Program-made: the position numbers and the translations under genes | Shown: piece by piece, positions 35,603 through 43,752 of the stretch | How positions within the stretch are numbered: position 1 is the first letter of the stretch | Layout of the letters: each line of letters starts with the position of its first letter | The notes under the pieces: model-generated | Told to the model about the DNA's origin: nothing | The model's database searches: none | What the model saw: only the letters and a program-made list of their open reading frames with translations | Virus record (IMG/VR): IMGVR_UViG_3300046703_000080 | Coordinates: 1-61,421 of that record | Length of the DNA: 61,421 nt | Source of the DNA: a virus | Taxonomy: Duplodnaviria > Caudoviricetes | Direction: 5' to 3' (one strand)

Positions 35603-36730
35603 ATGCCAGATCCAATCCTCGATGAACTTAATTTGACCACTTTGAAGGAGATCTATCCTTCGGTCATCGAAGACAACTACTTCCTCGACACGCCCTTTCA
35701 GGCGTATCTCCGAGACCACTGCCTCGTTCCCTTCGGTGGCGGGGCATTCACGCAAACCGTCTTCCGTTACAAGCCCATGATCGGCGGCTTTTACGCTCGT
35801 GGCGGGAGCTTCAACATCACGAAACGGCAGACCTTGGCCGGCGCGATGTTCGATCCGAAGTACCTCGAGGTCGCCGTCCCCGAGTACAAGGAAGACATCC
35901 AAGTCCTCAACAAGGGCCCGCGGGCGGTCTTCAAGCTGATCGACGAAGATCTCCGGAACGCCATGGACACGATCTCAGCTATCGCCGGGATTGCTATGGC
36001 GGGCCACGGTCAGGCGGTGGTCACAGGCGTTAACGCCAGCCGGATCACAAAGATCAACGGCTGGCCGGAAGCGCTGAACGATGGCGTGACGAAGGGGTGG
36101 ACAGGCGACTACTTCACCACCTACGGCACGGCCACGCGCAACGGCGTCATCGGCAGCGTTCTCAATTCCGTGCCGTACTGGTGCGGAAACGCGGACGGGA
36201 GCGCAGGCCCGGTCACCTACGGCGTCATGGAGGAAACCTACCAGGACGCTTGTGTGGGCAACGAGAACCCGAACCTGGGCGTCGGCAACAAGGCCGTCAT
36301 CGCCTATATGAAGCAGCGGCTTCAGGCGCAGCAGGTTTTCGCGCAAGAGAAGGACCCGATCTGGGGCGTCATGGGCTTCCGCTTCAACAACGCGATCATT
36401 CTGAAGGACGACTACTTCCCCAGCCTGAAGTACGGCGCCAACGACCCCGACCTGGGGAACTACCTGACGTCCACCTTCGCTTCGGGCAGTCCCGCGACAG
36501 CCTCGAACATGCCATCGTCGACGACCTGCACGGTGGGCGAAGTGTTCGCGTGGCTCACGACCTCCAAGTGGTTCTTCCGCATTTCGGATGATCCCGAGTT
36601 CGGCTTCGGCTGGAGCGGGTTCTTCCCGGCGCAGGACAACACCCGAGTCGTCGGGCATGTCAAGGCGGCCTGCAATCTGGAATGCACCGCTCCCAGGCTG
36701 CAAAAGCAACTTCTGGGAATCGGTGGGTGA
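35603..36730 (+). CDS. major capsid protein (HK97 fold)
   Basis: 375 aa; IEDNYF..TP, GG...., NKG, INGW..AL, GFRFNNA.I..D, NLECTAPR.Q..L.G. Confidence 0.85.
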   Translation: MPDPILDELNLTTLKEIYPSVIEDNYFLDTPFQAYLRDHCLVPFGGGAFTQTVFRYKPMIGGFYARGGSFNITKRQTLAGAMFDPKYLEVAVPEYKEDIQVLNKGPRAVFKLIDEDLRNAMDTISAIAGIAMAGHGQAVVTGVNASRITKINGWPEALNDGVTKGWTGDYFTTYGTATRNGVIGSVLNSVPYWCGNADGSAGPVTYGVMEETYQDACVGNENPNLGVGNKAVIAYMKQRLQAQQVFAQEKDPIWGVMGFRFNNAIILKDDYFPSLKYGANDPDLGNYLTSTFASGSPATASNMPSSTTCTVGEVFAWLTTSKWFFRISDDPEFGFGWSGFFPAQDNTRVVGHVKAACNLECTAPRLQKQLLGIGG

Positions 36731-36745
36731 GGAAAGGAGACCACC

Positions 36746-37327
36746 ATGCACGCAGACGATCTCATTGCAAGAATCAGTACCGGCTACCTGAACACCGTCG
36801 ATGACGCGAAGCCAGGTCAGCCCGTCTCTTCCGGCACGGGCGAATCGAACTACGATGCCCAGGTCGGCAAGATCATCAGTTTCAACCACGCCAATGTCCC
36901 CTGGAAGACCACGCAACTCTACGGCGGGAAGTATCAGTACGTCAAACTCTACCTCAGCTCCAGCGCCTCCGCTGTAGCCGGCCAGGTGGCGTTCTGGTAC
37001 GACATCGACGATTACGTCGTCACGGCGGATTACAGTGCCGCGATCCCCGCTGGGGTCTTCCTCAACGCCATCACCAAGGGGCAGTACGGCTGGATTCAGA
37101 CAGCGGGACTGGCGACCGTCAAGTTCCGGGCGTCCATCACCAAGACGACCCCGGCGATCGGCGATACGGTGATTGTCCAAACGGGTGCGGCAGTCGGCGA
37201 AGTACTGGCCGACGCGACGGGACTGACCTCTGTGGAATCGGCCAGAATCCTCGGTACGGCCGTAGAGGCTCCCACCAACAGTGGTTCCAAGTTGGTGGCG
37301 CTGTGGGGCCTGTACGAGAACATCTGA
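36746..37327 (+). CDS. capsid cement/decoration protein
   Basis: GKYQYVK, AGV....IT.GQYGWIQT.G; follows capsid gene. Confidence 0.65.
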   Translation: MHADDLIARISTGYLNTVDDAKPGQPVSSGTGESNYDAQVGKIISFNHANVPWKTTQLYGGKYQYVKLYLSSSASAVAGQVAFWYDIDDYVVTADYSAAIPAGVFLNAITKGQYGWIQTAGLATVKFRASITKTTPAIGDTVIVQTGAAVGEVLADATGLTSVESARILGTAVEAPTNSGSKLVALWGLYENI

Positions 37328-37346
37328 GGGCTGAAAGGAGATCACC

Positions 37347-37679
37347 ATGGGATTCATTCCTGGGTTCCCGACCGCCCGCGGAGGCAAGCGCGAGTGCGTC
37401 ATCACCAAAGTTGGTCCGACCAGCTACACGGTCATCACGACCGGAGCGCCACCGACCGGCGGCCAGGATGTGACAGCCGCAGAGTTCGGCATGAAGTACA
37501 TCGAGTTTCTCGAGGCTTCTGCCTGCGACAACGGCCTGCACGTCATTCGCTGCATCCCGACCAGTTCATCGCCAAAATGCACTGTCTGGAAACTTCAGTG
37601 GTGCCTGGCGATTAGCGGCCAGGAAACGTCGGGAAGTCTCGACGAATACACGGTTCGGCTGCACGCCATCGGGATCTGA
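37347..37679 (+). CDS. putative virion protein
   Basis: GPTSY.....GG...TAAEFGM. Confidence 0.6.
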   Translation: MGFIPGFPTARGGKRECVITKVGPTSYTVITTGAPPTGGQDVTAAEFGMKYIEFLEASACDNGLHVIRCIPTSSSPKCTVWKLQWCLAISGQETSGSLDEYTVRLHAIGI

Positions 37680-37702
37680 CGGTCCTGTGACCGCGAGGTG
37701 AC

Positions 37703-38662
37703 ATGGCCGTCGTTCAAGAGTTGGCGAACGAACTGTTGGGGTACGTTCCAGGTCTGTCCATCCTTCTGGCAGAGAAGATGGTGCAGGACACCTGGCGGAA
37801 AATCAGGGACTCCCGGCAATGGAGTTTTCTCCGTGTCGAGGGGTCCCTGGACGTTCCGGACCTCATCTCTACCGGGACCGTCACGGCCACTCAGTTCTCT
37901 ACCTCCGTGGTAGGGGATGCGGCGGCCGGGGCGGCTTGGGCGGCTGTCACTCTTCCGCTTCTCACTTTGCGGCAATTCCGGCTGGCGGCCGGGAGCCCGA
38001 TCTACAACATCACCGCCTTCGACGGCGCCGTCACCCTCACCCTGGACCGCATGTACACCGGGGCCACGGTGGCGGCTTCGGCTTACCAAATCTACCAGTG
38101 CTATTACAAGGTTCCAGTCAAGGACTTCTTGCGGTGGCGGTCCCTCTTCAACCCCAGCTTGGGCTATCGGTTCCGGCGGCGCAACATGCACCGGAAGAAA
38201 GAAGAGATCGACCGGCGCGACCCGCAGCGCAGTCACTTTGGGACTCCCATCTGGGCGGCAGCCTACAAGCATTCGAGCGACGGCTACCCGCTCATCGAAC
38301 TCTGGCCGCATCCGACTTCCTCGGGCAATTCACTGATGTGCGTGGCGCAGCGGCGCGGCGTGGACCTGGGCACCGCGGAAGAGGTCCCGGAGTGCATCCC
38401 TCACGACCTTCTGGCGCATGGCTCTCGGCTGCAAGCCTATGAGTGGGCGCTGGCGAACAACAAGAACGCGAACAAGGGACCGGAATGGTCGCGGCTCCTC
38501 AGCGTCATCTCTCAGGACTACGACGAGATGCTGCGGCGGGCGAGGGTCCAGGATGAGGAAACCTACCCGCAGAACTTCTCGGAGTTGGAGTACGACTCCG
38601 GACTGAGCGGACCGATAGATGCTTCATATTTGCAGGACCACGACATGTACTTCGTGGGATGA
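37703..38662 (+). CDS. head-tail adaptor-like protein
   Basis: RQWSFLR, GTV..T..ST.V.G insert, IELWP.P. Confidence 0.65.
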   Translation: MAVVQELANELLGYVPGLSILLAEKMVQDTWRKIRDSRQWSFLRVEGSLDVPDLISTGTVTATQFSTSVVGDAAAGAAWAAVTLPLLTLRQFRLAAGSPIYNITAFDGAVTLTLDRMYTGATVAASAYQIYQCYYKVPVKDFLRWRSLFNPSLGYRFRRRNMHRKKEEIDRRDPQRSHFGTPIWAAAYKHSSDGYPLIELWPHPTSSGNSLMCVAQRRGVDLGTAEEVPECIPHDLLAHGSRLQAYEWALANNKNANKGPEWSRLLSVISQDYDEMLRRARVQDEETYPQNFSELEYDSGLSGPIDASYLQDHDMYFVG

Positions 38663-38673
38663 AAGGAAAGAAT

Positions 38674-38895
38674 ATGGCAATCAGTAAACCTATGGGCAGC
38701 GTGCCGAGCGGCGCGGAGCATCTGCCTCTCAAGTTCAAGGATGACCAGATCGGCGGCAGCGCCGGGGCCAGCAAGATCGACAGCCCATTTTCCAAGGCTC
38801 TGCCCTTGAAGCCGGCCGACACGGACCCGGGCGGGAGCGCGGGCGCGAGCAAGATCGACTCGCCGTTCACCAAGAGTCTGAAGACGCCGAAGTAA
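38674..38895 (+). CDS. small protein with duplicated peptide
   Basis: LPLK..D...GGSAGASKIDSPF.K.L x2. Confidence 0.65.
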   Translation: MAISKPMGSVPSGAEHLPLKFKDDQIGGSAGASKIDSPFSKALPLKPADTDPGGSAGASKIDSPFTKSLKTPK

Positions 38896-38904
38896 GGGGG
38901 AACC

Positions 38905-40422
38905 GTGAAGCGGCTCCTGCACATCGGCGTCCTGGTTCTACTCCTCTGCCTGCCAATCCTGGCGCGTGAGAAGGCGCAGGGTTACTGCGAAAAGGGCGGG
39001 CAGACCGTCACTGTGTTCGGCTTGGTATCGACCACGACGGTCCAGCGTAGCTATGCCAGTTGCACGGTGACCGTCTACGCAACTGGCGGGACCACCCTGA
39101 GCACCCTCTACAGCGACAACTCCGGCACATCCAAAGCGAACCCCTTCACCGCGGACACGGATGGCTATTGGTCCTTCTACGCGGCCGATGGCCGCTATGA
39201 CGTCAAGTTCAGCGGAGGCGGGATCGCCACGCCATTCACCCGCTCTGACTTCCTGTTGGGAGGGTCTGGATCTGGCGGCGGCGGAATCACTAGCCTTGGC
39301 GGATTGACCGGGGCCACTCAGACCTTCGTCAACGATACGAACGTCACTATGACGTCGGCCACGACCGCGCACACGCTCGGGTGGACCGGCTTACTCGCTG
39401 TGGCGCGCGGCGGAACGGGGGCGGCGACGTTCACGGCGAACGGTGTTGTATTCGGAAGCGGTACATCCGCGCTCGGTGTGACTGCGGCCGGCGCGGCGTA
39501 CCAGCCTTTACGTGTTCCAGCGGGCGGCGGCGCACCAGCTTTCGGTGCTCTGAACATCAGCCAGGCGGCGGCAGTCACAGGTGCTCTCCCACTAGGGAAT
39601 GGCGGAACCGGGCAAATCACCGCGACGGCTGCCTTCGACGCACTTGACCCCCTCACCACCAAAGGAGACACCCTAGTTCACAATGGCACGAACAGTGTCC
39701 GTCAGGGCATCGGCACGAACTACTGGTTTCTCATGGCCGATTCCGCCCAGACGAACGGATTGAAGTGGGCGCAGATCACACTCTCGACGGCGAGCGTCAC
39801 AGGAGTCCTTCCGATAGCCAACGGCGGCACCGGGCAAACATCTCCAATTCCGGCATTCGACGCACTTTCCCCAAGCAGCATCAAAGGTGATCTGATCGTC
39901 AATGACGGCACGCACGATGTGCGAATGCCGGTGGGGGCGACTGACCAAATGGTCTTGGTCGTAGACTCCACACAAGTAAACGGTATCAAGTGGCAGTTAC
40001 CTTCTGCAGTGTGCAGAAAAGACACCGTATTATACACGAATACTGCCTTCGTGGCTGCGAGTACAACTGCTGATGTGACCCTCTTTACGCTTGGTCAATA
40101 CGAGAAGATGACTAGCGTAACCATCAAGCACAGCGCCCAGTTCTCGGACGGCGCCGGGGCGATGTCGCAGGTTACGGTTTCCTCCGGGAAGGCCGGAACG
40201 GTTGACTTTTACACGGCAGCGACGAACATCGGCGAGGCGACGGCGGTTGCCGACACAACCTACCTGGACACAGCCCTCTTCAAGAGCGGCACGATGGCGG
40301 CGGCTGGCCAGGCGGTCTTGGCCCATTTCATCGCAACCGGAGCAGATTTTGGGACAGGAGCGGCGACCTCTTTGACGGGTGGATCTTTGGACATTTGGAG
40401 CTGCTACGTGGCTATCCAATGA
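38905..40422 (+). CDS. tail fibre-like protein with N-terminal signal peptide
   Basis: MKRLLHIGVLVLLLCLPILA; NPFTADTDGYWSFYAADGRYDV anchor-type domain; repeated L.VA.GGTG and TTKGD fibre motifs. Confidence 0.8.
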   Translation: MKRLLHIGVLVLLLCLPILAREKAQGYCEKGGQTVTVFGLVSTTTVQRSYASCTVTVYATGGTTLSTLYSDNSGTSKANPFTADTDGYWSFYAADGRYDVKFSGGGIATPFTRSDFLLGGSGSGGGGITSLGGLTGATQTFVNDTNVTMTSATTAHTLGWTGLLAVARGGTGAATFTANGVVFGSGTSALGVTAAGAAYQPLRVPAGGGAPAFGALNISQAAAVTGALPLGNGGTGQITATAAFDALDPLTTKGDTLVHNGTNSVRQGIGTNYWFLMADSAQTNGLKWAQITLSTASVTGVLPIANGGTGQTSPIPAFDALSPSSIKGDLIVNDGTHDVRMPVGATDQMVLVVDSTQVNGIKWQLPSAVCRKDTVLYTNTAFVAASTTADVTLFTLGQYEKMTSVTIKHSAQFSDGAGAMSQVTVSSGKAGTVDFYTAATNIGEATAVADTTYLDTALFKSGTMAAAGQAVLAHFIATGADFGTGAATSLTGGSLDIWSCYVAIQ

Positions 40423-42398
40423 AACGATTTTTGCTGCTACTCGTGTGCGTGCCGTTTTGGTACGGCAGCGCGGACGCCGAGGTGTCGATCACCCCGAGCA
40501 CTCCGCCCGTGGTGAACGTGGGTACCACTTACCAGTTCTCCGCATCAGGTGGCACGGTTACATGGTCGCTTGCGTCGGGCAGTGCCGGGTCTATCAACCC
40601 CTCGACTGGCTTGTACACTGCGCCTAGCACGATTACCCCTAAGAACGTGCGGGCCGGGTGCCAACTCTTGCCGAACGATCACGTATTCAACACGCGCATC
40701 GACGCTCTCCCAAAGCACGCCAGCAGTGACACTTGGATGGCGACGATACCGGATATCGGAGCTACTATCCAGCCCAGCTTTGGACTCACGACGATTACCA
40801 ACGCCACGCCATCTGAAAGCATGGTGTTCCTTTACACGCCGTCGAACAACGGCTCGTTCCAACTCGCAGCCGCGCCTGATCTGTGGCGCGAGAACGGGTA
40901 TTACACTTCGCCCCTCGCGGAGGTTGATCGACACCTCACTGAGATCAACCGCGAGACTTGCACCCTGACGGACATCTATAACAACTACCCTGCGGGTACG
41001 CAGGGGGAGAGTTGCCCAACCTGCACGGCTCAGAGCGGGGTGTCTTATTCGGCCAACTCCTACGATCTGCCCGCCAGTGGAGGCACTGACGCCGCTAGTA
41101 TGTTTCTACAGCCGCTCATCTTGACACTGGCCGACATGCGCCAGGCCGAGATCACCCATGCAATGCGCGTGACTTTGAGCAATAACTACATCGACAACAC
41201 GTTTGTGTGGCCTGCGATGGCGAACGCCGGGGCATGGGGGTCAATCCCCTACGGCTCCCGTTTGCGGCTTAAATCTTCCGTGAACATCAGCGGGTACTCC
41301 GCACTGGCCCAGAAGGTTTTGCTGGCATGGAAACGCTACGGATTGATTGTCTCGGATGGAGGGACTACCTGGGGCGTGCAATCCGACATGGATGTGACCC
41401 AGGACGAGAGTGTACGCACTACATTGCAGGGGTTTGGCGCTATTCGCACTGCGGATTGGGAAATCGTGGACGAGTCTTCGTTGATGGTGAGCTCTACTTC
41501 GGGCCGGGTTAACCCTAGCAATGGGTACGTGACGCCAAGCGATTACGCGGTGGTAGTCGCCACAAACACAGAGAATGCGGAAGACACCGCCTCTATGGCC
41601 GTCTCCCTGCGGGCTGTGGTAGTGGGATCTGACGACCCGGCCATTTGGGTGCAGAGCGGTTCAACGTACACGCTCCCGGTTTGGGTGACAGGCGCAACAA
41701 ATACCGCCGTTACGTGGGCAACCTCGGCGGGAAGCATCACGAGCGGCGGGGTGCTCACCCCGCCCACTGTGAGCGAACCAACCGCAATCACGGTGACGGC
41801 CACCTCGCAAGCCGACAGTACTGCCGTGCGCGACTACGGGGTGACGGTGATGCCAGCGGGGCCGATTCGCATCGACGCGGGAAGCTCCTCGAACTTCACC
41901 GGCTCCGCCGGAACGTGGTGGAAAGACCAGGCGAGCATCGGGACCTACAATCATTTCGACTGCTCCTACCTGGGCCAGAACCCGTGGCCCCAAGACTACA
42001 CGGACATTGGCCTGTTTTACTGGCAGAACGCCTCCATCAATGACTGGCGGTACAGGTTCCATCTGGCCAATGGCACCTACAAGATCACTGCCTTATTTGG
42101 TGAGTGCGGAGAGACGTTACCCAATCCACAGCGCGTGTTTCACTTGGAAGTCAACGGGGTTCGGAAGGTCACGGACTACAACCCCGACGCAGCAGCGGGC
42201 GCGGCATCGACCCCCACGACGGTAGAAATCGCGGGTGTGGCGGTCTCGGACCAGAAGATCGACTTCACGATCCGCCGTCTGGTGTACGCCACCTACGCCA
42301 ATAACCCCGCAGGGCCAATGTTGAGCGGACTACTGATTGAGCAGACGGGTCCGTATCCAACGAGTATTCGAGGTAGGTCAGTGAGAAAAGGTCCATGA
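40419..42398 (+). CDS. Ig-like/malectin-domain adhesin with signal peptide
   Basis: MKRFLLLLVCVPFWYGSADA; VTWS...GSI...GLYTAP Ig repeats; IRIDAG, Y.F.LANGTYKIT..FGE, RVF.L.VNG malectin-like domain. Confidence 0.78.
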   Translation: MKRFLLLLVCVPFWYGSADAEVSITPSTPPVVNVGTTYQFSASGGTVTWSLASGSAGSINPSTGLYTAPSTITPKNVRAGCQLLPNDHVFNTRIDALPKHASSDTWMATIPDIGATIQPSFGLTTITNATPSESMVFLYTPSNNGSFQLAAAPDLWRENGYYTSPLAEVDRHLTEINRETCTLTDIYNNYPAGTQGESCPTCTAQSGVSYSANSYDLPASGGTDAASMFLQPLILTLADMRQAEITHAMRVTLSNNYIDNTFVWPAMANAGAWGSIPYGSRLRLKSSVNISGYSALAQKVLLAWKRYGLIVSDGGTTWGVQSDMDVTQDESVRTTLQGFGAIRTADWEIVDESSLMVSSTSGRVNPSNGYVTPSDYAVVVATNTENAEDTASMAVSLRAVVVGSDDPAIWVQSGSTYTLPVWVTGATNTAVTWATSAGSITSGGVLTPPTVSEPTAITVTATSQADSTAVRDYGVTVMPAGPIRIDAGSSSNFTGSAGTWWKDQASIGTYNHFDCSYLGQNPWPQDYTDIGLFYWQNASINDWRYRFHLANGTYKITALFGECGETLPNPQRVFHLEVNGVRKVTDYNPDAAAGAASTPTTVEIAGVAVSDQKIDFTIRRLVYATYANNPAGPMLSGLLIEQTGPYPTSIRGRSVRKGP

Positions 42399-42402
42399 AG
42401 AG

Positions 42403-43752
42403 ATGGCGTACGCGCACACCGCACTTTCGACGCTGATTGCGGCGCTGGCCGCGAGACTCCACGATACTGCCTACGTTTTCTGGACCGCCGCCGAGCTCCA
42501 AGCCTACCTCCTGGAAGCCCTACGCACCTGGAACGCGGCAGCGGCCTTCTACCGCGACCGGATGACGTTCTCGCTGACCGCCGGAACCTGCTTCTACGAT
42601 CTGGGCTCCGTCACCGGAACCTTGCTGCCGCGAACTGTCACCGATGCCGACGTGATGAAGGACATCGAGTATCACCTCCTGGAACCGGCGGTGGTCGCCA
42701 CCTGGACCGGCACGGAGCAGTTTGTCTTCGCCGACGTTGTGGATGCGCTCCAGCGCCGGCGCAATCAGTTCCTCTTGGAAACCGGCTGCGTTCTCACCCA
42801 CTCTACCCTGCCCTTGACCTCAGACTCCGCTGGACGCCTTGACCTGCTCGATACCGCCGTGGACGTGCGGCGGGCTGCCTTTGGGGACGCAGCCGGAGTC
42901 TACACGCGCTTGTGGCGTGATGACGAATGGGGAATGCAGGCCTTCTCCGCCGGCTGGGAAGGATCCCCCGGGCCTCCGAAGGTCTACTCGATGATCGCCA
43001 CGCCGCCGGTCCGGCTGCAGCTTTCTCCAATTCCCATCGCTACGGGCACCCTGGACCTGCTCACCGTGGACACCGGGGCGGCTCTGGACCCTGCCACAGG
43101 TGTCGTGTTGGGCGTGCCGGATGACTTCGCCTGGGTGGTCAAGTGGGGCGCCCTGGCGGACCTGCTGGGCAAAGACGGTCCAGCTCGAGATCCGGAGCGC
43201 GCGACCTACTGCGAACAGCGGTGGCTGGAAGGCATAGAGCTCGCCCGCTTCGCCACGACCGCCATCCAGGCCCAAATCAACGGCGTCAGGAAGACGATCG
43301 ACACGGTCTCAAACCTGGACAAGTTCCGCGCCGGCTGGCAGGGGGACACCGCCGCGACACCGGATGTGGTCGCCATGGCGGGCCTGAACATGCTCGCAGT
43401 GGCGGATCCTCCCGACGCCGCGCACAGCGTCACCCTGGACGTGGTTCGCAACTTCCCGGTCCCTGCAACGACGGCAGATCAGGTCTTGGTCGGCCGCGAA
43501 CACCTGGACATCATCCTGGATTACGCGGAGCACCTGGCGGCCTTCAAGATGGCCGGCGCGGAGTTCCAGGCCACAGCAGAGCACTACAAGCGATTCTTCC
43601 GGCTGGCCTCCGAGATGAACGACAAGTGGCGTACCGCGGCGGTCTTCGCCGACGTGCTGCATGACAGGACGCGGCAAGAGGAAGAGGCGGTCCCCAGCCG
43701 CAGGCCGGCGCAACCGCTGGGGCTCTCGGCGGACATGGACTCAAATGGCTGA
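42403..43752 (+). CDS. head-tail adaptor/tube protein with internal duplication
   Basis: LAARLHD...FWT..EL..YL.EA.R and a second similar unit; KWGALADLL.KDG. Confidence 0.65.
   Translation: MAYAHTALSTLIAALAARLHDTAYVFWTAAELQAYLLEALRTWNAAAAFYRDRMTFSLTAGTCFYDLGSVTGTLLPRTVTDADVMKDIEYHLLEPAVVATWTGTEQFVFADVVDALQRRRNQFLLETGCVLTHSTLPLTSDSAGRLDLLDTAVDVRRAAFGDAAGVYTRLWRDDEWGMQAFSAGWEGSPGPPKVYSMIATPPVRLQLSPIPIATGTLDLLTVDTGAALDPATGVVLGVPDDFAWVVKWGALADLLGKDGPARDPERATYCEQRWLEGIELARFATTAIQAQINGVRKTIDTVSNLDKFRAGWQGDTAATPDVVAMAGLNMLAVADPPDAAHSVTLDVVRNFPVPATTADQVLVGREHLDIILDYAEHLAAFKMAGAEFQATAEHYKRFFRLASEMNDKWRTAAVFADVLHDRTRQEEEAVPSRRPAQPLGLSADMDSNG

Noticed and set aside
35975-37408. 477-aa minus-strand ORF
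   Set aside because: Antisense shadow of capsid and cement genes caused by GC-rich codon bias; no motifs
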